Assembly (NCBI GenBank): GCA_030141605.1
Contig: JAQGDQ010000459.1
Coordinates: 1-64,000 of the forward strand
Direction: 5' to 3'
Length of the DNA stretch: 64,000 nt
From: Tubiluchus corallicola
Taxonomy: Eukaryota; Animalia; Priapulida
Both the position numbers and the translations under genes were made by a program. How positions within the stretch are numbered: the first letter of the stretch is position 1; each line of letters starts with the position of its first letter. The notes beneath the pieces were generated by a model that was not told the origin of the DNA, searched no databases, and saw only the letters and a program-made list of their open reading frames with translations. Below are positions 58,901 to 64,000 of the stretch, piece by piece.

Positions 58901-61900
58901 ACTTAGCATATTGAGTAGTTTAGTCTGGTGTACACTTGTGTGATCGTACACACTATTTTATTGATCGCCTGCTTGCTACAGCCCGAGCTGTACAGTGTTC
59001 TGCTGCTATTCCAGGAAAAACCAACCAATCAACCAACGACAAATTAAAGTTGTTTCATCTTTTGACAGGAATTACTCCTTAAAGTCAGAGTAGACTTGAG
59101 ACCAAAGTTGTGTTGTGTTGTGTCTGAACAGTTAAAATTTTCTGCATTAGCGAATTTCACACAAGTGATACTGTACATTGTTACAGTGCAAACACTGCAG
59201 TTACTGAAAGCTTTTTTTGAATTTTTTAGTCTAAAATCAATTTTTAATTTGTCTAGGGTAAAAGCAAGCACACGTCATATATAATTTTGCAGGAAAATCC
59301 ATTGTGTGAGGAGTAGAAACCTACAAAAATTGTCAAATGTAACTTAATCGTTGCTTAGGGAGAGCAGTTTTTCATGAACCAGTGCAAAATGCAACAATCG
59401 CTTACTGTCCTGAAGGAGTTAAAGACATCTCAATTAGAAACAAAAATTCGCATAGTCAAATCACACTTCGATTCTTGGTATTTTTCTAATTAGAGCATAA
59501 CTTCACTAATGTAAACCTGCAAACTGTATAGTCTAATGAACTTTGATGGCTGCTACCTTTCACCTGTATCTTTTCTTATATTTTCAGTTTGCCGTTTTCT
59601 TGTGGCTTATGACGTACATTGCTCATTGGTTGGATGCTTCTACTCTTCTAATCTTGGGTGCGTATTTAATGTTTTTTCAGGTAAAAACGTCTAGCCATGC
59701 CGATTGGGCACCGATAGTAGCTGATTTTTCAATTTAAAGTCGAAGAAATTTGAATTTTAAAGCACATCCTTAAAAACTTTCTGTTCAAAGTTGTATTACT
59801 TAACATTACGCTTATTTGCTTGTAAGATTGAATTTTAAGCATAACTAGCAAAAAAAAATTTCTTAGTAATTTAAAGTGTTTGCTTCAATTGATAAAATAG
59901 GTCACTAACTCACCTTCCCAGTGTGCACCACTGGCTCACCAAAAACACAGTATTGATTTTATTGAGAAGATACCGTAATTTATGCTTTTCCTTAATTAGC
60001 AAAGTTTGTGCTATGACTATTTTTTCAATCTTTATGCAATATTTCTAAACCTGTTCAAAATGACTTATTGTTAGAATGGCTGCACCTAGTGGTCATCGCG
60101 GGAATTTAAACTTACAGGTTTCATATAGTGTTACTGTTAATGTAGCTCTGTGTGCAGTAAGACAGTATGTGAGAGTGATTTTCAGATAAATTTTTTAGCT
60201 TTATCTAAATAAAATGTTTTCTTGTCTTGTAATCATGAAGCTGCATTGTCATTCTTATTAATATTTCTATGGTTATTGGTGTTTGTAAACTTGAGTTTGT
60301 GCTGTCGCTCAAAATTCACACCTAGAAATTTTACATCATCTGCGTGATATACAGGTATAAGCTTTTCTGTAACAACTGAAGTTTGAAAATTTCAACTCGT
60401 GAGTTCTGTTTATACATTCACATTGTGTAAACGATATCAGAAAAACTAATAGGACTCAGATCAATTCATTACTAAACATTAATTACATTGCTAATGATTA
60501 CTTCATGAATAAAATTAATAATTATTGCTTTTCGGACCTAGCTGGTGCATTCTGGGATTGTGGGGATTTTTAGGCGTGTGTGCTAAGCAAGAGTGTTACT
60601 AGCCATGACTGTTTTGACATACATAAAAATTCACTGATCTCTCTTTTAAGTTACATTAAAACCTACTTGGCATTGTGTATTGGCACATATAACTAGTACT
60701 GATAATCAACTAATATAATTAACTACTTAATCAATGATACTTGTTGTTTGTTTCAGCATTTATTGCACTTTTCACTATTCCTAAAATCTACGAAACTCAC
60801 AAAGAGAAGATAGACATGTATATGGAGAAAGCCGAGGCGCAAGCCAAGGACGTTGTAAAAAAGTAAGTTTTTCATTACCTTTTACATGATTCTAATTCTC
60901 GTGATGATTAGTATCAAGCTTAACTCCTTCAGAACCGTAAGTGTTTGCTGCATGGGTTCATGAGCATAAAAGCTGCTCTCATTAAACAGGGATTACATTA
61001 TATTTAATCATTTTTGGAAGTTTCTACTCCTCGCACAATGGATTTTCATGCAAAATTACATGAGAGTTCCATTTGCTTACCTTAGGCAAATTAGAAATCG
61101 ATTTTTGACAAATTTAATGAAAAAAATTTCAGTAACTGCAGTGTTTGCCCTTTAACAATGTACAGTATCACTTGTGTGAAATCAGCCAATCCAGAAAATT
61201 TCAACTATCCAGACACAACGCTCTGATACACTTTGGCCTCAAGTCTACTCTATTTTTAAGGAGAAATTCCTGTTACAAGATGAAACAACGTTAATTCGTC
61301 CTTGGCTGATCTGTTGCTTGTTCCTGGAACTCAGCACAACAGACAGTTATCTTGAGCTGTTGTAAGCAGGCAGTCAATAAATTGGTGTGTACGATCACGC
61401 AAGTGTACACCAGACTAAGCTACTCAATAGGCTAAGTTGGAGTGCCTGAAAATGCTGTGTCTTCCTTAATGTTATCCAATTAAATCACTTTTAAATGTTT
61501 AAACAAATGGCATGATTGGATTTCTGAAATTGTCTTGAATAGAACAGCACCTAATTTGTAATCATTAGCAGTAGCAGAAACGTCATAGATCTTATAAGAC
61601 CTATTTTGAATGGTGCGGTGCTGATGGAGTTAATTATAGTGACTTAAAACGATGAAGAAAATTACAAAATTATTCTGATGTCCAGCATCAGAAGAAGATT
61701 AAGTTGCCTTACCTTATGCCATATCTTTCCTTACATTATGCCATATCTTTCCTTACATTATGCCATATCTTTCCTTACATTATGCCATATCTTTCCTTAC
61801 ATTATGCCATATCTTTCCTTACACACATTTGAATACTGTAATTGTACTACAGGTGTGTATATTCAGAGAGAGATGATTTTTCAGACATTATTCGACTGAA

Positions 61901-63448
61901 ATGCCTAGGGAAGCTTTACTTTCGTAAGAAATGAATATAGTTAAAATTACATCATTTTACTGTATCTAATCAAAGTATGGGTAGGGTTTTGTTTTTTCGA
62001 AATGTTAGGAGTTCGTAGTAATCGTGCACGGAATCTCTAAAACCGGAAGCTCAGATACAGTGTGATTCATTATTTTCTCAACCCACCTCTTTACGTTGGA
62101 GAGAGACGACGAGATAATGATCGAAAAGTTAATCTTTTCTGAAAATGAAATAATGTTCCAGCTAGGAAAAGCAATATGGCTTCCTGAGCAGTCATACGTT
62201 AATTACAGAAAACCGGCAAAGGAAATGAAATTGCATAGTGTGTGGGTTAAATCCTTTGCTATGAAAAAGTTTTTGTAATGATGCGATGAAGCCACATCTA
62301 TTTAATTTTTGAAACCACCCTTTGACCGAAACACAGACAGAAGGTGTGAAAAAGATGGTACTGAGTTTTTATTTGAACCAAGAACGTTTGGTTTGCAAGT
62401 TCAGTGCTATGACCATTAGGCCACTTAAGCTCCTTGTAATCAAGGAAAGCCATATTCAAAATTTGTGATTCATCCACCGTTAAGTGTTAAATTACTAATA
62501 CTTAAGTAATTACCAAATATATATTTTTTTTAATTATATAGCACCTAGTATAATCTGTTGGTACATGTAATAGATTAATTATTTATGTTAAAATTACGAT
62601 ATTAATTAATTATTATACGTGAATTATGTTAGGCAGTAAAAAATTAGGCTAACTAATTAGTAGTTAATCCACTGTGAGTTAAGCAACATTTGGAAATATA
62701 ATTAGTTGGGAAGCTGTTAGGATTGAATAAGTGCTTACATTGACCACAAGGAGCTTTTTATTTTAGTAGTCATGGCATTGGATTTGTGATTTGAAGGTCC
62801 GTGGTTCAAATTCAAGCGCAGTCTCAACTTTCACGGTTCCTCTTTCTGGTCAAGTTCGGTTTAAAAACTTGAGAGAATTAAGCCTCTAGTTTATTCCTTT
62901 ATTTATTCATAATAAGATTATAAATGAAAGTGAACATAATAAGTCTAGTTTTCATTCAAAATTCTGTACCCGGTTTCATAAAGCCATTACTATAATAAGA
63001 ATAATTTTGTTTAGGAGAAGTTACTGGTTAAGTAACTCAATACTTATTTCTAATTTTGTCCTGATTATTACCTGCATGTTACTTTGATGAACCCGCGTGC
63101 TTGGCCGAAGAACCAGCGGTACCTTTTTTGAGTTTTTGGTATGACTCGGTTAGGAATTGAACCCACGACCTCCGGGTGCAAAACAAGCATGCCTCCAGTA
63201 AGCTACGTCACTCAATTAAAGACGTTGTTTAATGATTGTAATAAAGACATTGTTAATTGAGTGACGACTTTGTGAAACCGTCCTCGGTTACCACAATTCA
63301 AAATGACTTTGTGAAACCGTCCTCGGTTACCACACTTCAGAATGACTACGAAAAAGTTTCATCCTGTTTCATTTACTAGATTCATTTTTGCACTTATTTC
63401 AGAGTGAAAGAGAAGCTGCCTATTGGCAAGAAAGAGAAGACGAACTAG
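41797..63448 (+). CDS. RTN: Reticulon, long isoform ~935 aa. Exons 41797-43936, 47023-47121, 56968-57175, 58493-58631, 59588-59657, 60757-60862, 63403-63448
   Basis: Reticulon homology domain VDLIYWRNPKKS..QAVQKTDDGHPF, LRRIFLVE..DTVKFAVFLWLMTYI, LFTIPKIYETHKEKID; KxKxx C-terminus (KKEKTN); long acidic N-terminus; phases consistent. Confidence 0.92.
44582..44953 (-). mobile_element. Copy of the same hAT MITE
   Basis: TIR TAGGGGTGAGCAT; 8-bp TSD GTAACCAT. Confidence 0.92.
45461..45500 (+). promoter_or_regulatory. Reticulon internal promoter 2 motifs (CCACG, TGACGCACGTG)
   Basis: ~120-160 nt upstream of the alternative ATG at 45619. Confidence 0.45.
45619..45655 (+). CDS. RTN: Reticulon alternative first coding exon MEDTIDNGMSNE (short isoform ~234 aa)
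   Basis: gaaATGG context, perfect AAG|gtaagt donor in phase 1, upstream CpG-containing motif cluster. Confidence 0.7.
47023..47121 (+). CDS. RTN: Reticulon linker exon TDAVEAIGEAISSS..CCWYNTDNLDPR
   Basis: tttcag| ... T|gtaagt, 99 nt, phase 1-1; joins to form LDPRFVDLIYWR. Confidence 0.85.
47112..47736. repeat. 48-bp minisatellite, 13 copies, starting at the reticulon exon end and donor
   Basis: GATCCTC(G/A)TAAGTTTGACTGACTTTCATTTGTGGGTGGTGCCCAGTTC. Confidence 0.96.
50085..50293 (+). pseudogene. hAT transposase C-terminal dimerisation-domain relic
   Basis: EVSKYL..DPGMFW / SIQASSAGVERALNIAGKIFR / RLTDTNFETLMF with frameshifts; GTACTT-rich terminus-like block at ~49826-49910. Confidence 0.7.
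52185..52558. mobile_element. MITE with CAGGGTTCCCACAG TIRs (hAT-like)
   Basis: 14-bp perfect TIR; GGAAA subterminal repeats; no clear TSD. Confidence 0.8.
53551..54084. mobile_element. PIF/Harbinger-like MITE with an internal ~120-bp tandem duplication
   Basis: TIR CGGCG.ATTCAGACTAG; TTA on both flanks. Confidence 0.78.
56968..57175 (+). CDS. RTN: Reticulon RHD exon 1
   Basis: 208 nt, phase 1-2. Confidence 0.95.
58493..58631 (+). CDS. RTN: Reticulon RHD exon 2 (loop region)
   Basis: 139 nt, phase 2-0. Confidence 0.93.
58688..59422 (+). mobile_element. piggyBac-like MITE copy
   Basis: TTAACTTCTTCTGGAC ... GTCCTGAAGGAGTTAA. Confidence 0.85.
59588..59657 (+). CDS. RTN: Reticulon RHD exon 3
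   Basis: 70 nt, phase 0-1. Confidence 0.93.
60757..60862 (+). CDS. RTN: Reticulon RHD exon 4
   Basis: 106 nt, phase 1-2. Confidence 0.93.
60920..61633 (-). mobile_element. piggyBac-like MITE copy
   Basis: TTAACTCCTTCAG ... CTGATGGAGTTAA. Confidence 0.85.
61708..61823. repeat. 22-bp tandem repeat, ~5 copies
   Basis: CTTACATTATGCCATATCTTTC. Confidence 0.92.
63090..63210 (-). mobile_element. tRNA-derived SINE fragment (central block resembles the MetaSINE-type domain); further SINE heads at ~62370-62425 (-) and ~62765-62830 (+)
   Basis: Minus strand GGTCGTGGGTTCAATTCC..GAGTCATACCAAAAACTCAAAAAAGGTACC. Confidence 0.6.
63403..63448 (+). CDS. RTN: Reticulon terminal exon VKEKLPIGKKEKTN*
   Basis: tttcag| acceptor in phase 2, TAG stop, di-lysine ER retrieval-like end. 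Confidence 0.9.
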
Positions 63449-64000
63449 TGCTGCTTTCCAACGCAGGCATTCATTTTGATGTAAAGTAATCTTGGTATTT
63501 TCATGTTACTTTTGGTATTTATCAAGAATAAATCATAGAACACATGGAGCTGCCCATCTCAACTTGGACCATGCTTGCACTTTACACACATTTGAACTGA
63601 TTTATTCGTCACGAATTCAATTACTCACTAACCTTTTTCCTGATCTGTATTCTGTTATCTGGCAAACCATTTGCTTTGTTGAATACTGTTTGCTTATTGA
63701 TGATATTGATATAATTACAGTTGTGGTTGGCTTGGCAATTGTGAAAGTATTATTGTGGTTGATGATTTTTGACGGCAGCTCGACTAACGTTGGCAACACT
63801 GATGCAGATATTTGTTGCCATCCAGAAGAACTGAAATTACAAAAGTAAAATGTGTGTCATTTTCTATTTTCCCTTTTGACTTTTCAAGGATTTTTTCAGA
63901 TGTGTTTGCTATATTTTTGTTTGATGAGTGCAGTCAAATGACTTTATTTTCATTAAGTAATAACTATGACAACAATTGTGTTATTTTTTGTTGTTTCTTT

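Overview
AT-rich, intron-rich animal (probably invertebrate) genomic DNA with three spliced genes. These are the 3' half of a protein kinase D gene (+, 1453-10653), a complete 12-exon serine palmitoyltransferase LCB2/SPTLC2-like gene (-, 15526-38126) and a reticulon gene (+, ~40450-63448) lying head-to-head with SPT. Introns carry many MITEs (TTAA piggyBac-like, hAT, pogo, Harbinger-like), tRNA-SINE heads, two LINEs inserted in one (GA)n tract, and nine unrelated young minisatellites. The most notable observations are: (1) a duplicated, sterically mutually exclusive exon pair in the PKD kinase domain, one copy with a Chk2-length aEF-aF loop; (2) in each of the three genes a minisatellite is seeded on an exon end plus its 5' splice site, giving arrays of tandem donors; (3) a 1425-nt in-frame candidate exitron plus an alternative first exon in reticulon; (4) a Penelope-type minimal hammerhead ribozyme (U3:A8 variant) in a fold-back element; (5) an SPT-reticulon-PKD neighbourhood of sphingolipid/ER regulators sharing a promoter motif. 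All gene models were built by hand from splice signals, reading phase and remembered protein similarity; no searches were run. Most short ORFs in the supplied track are repeat artefacts.
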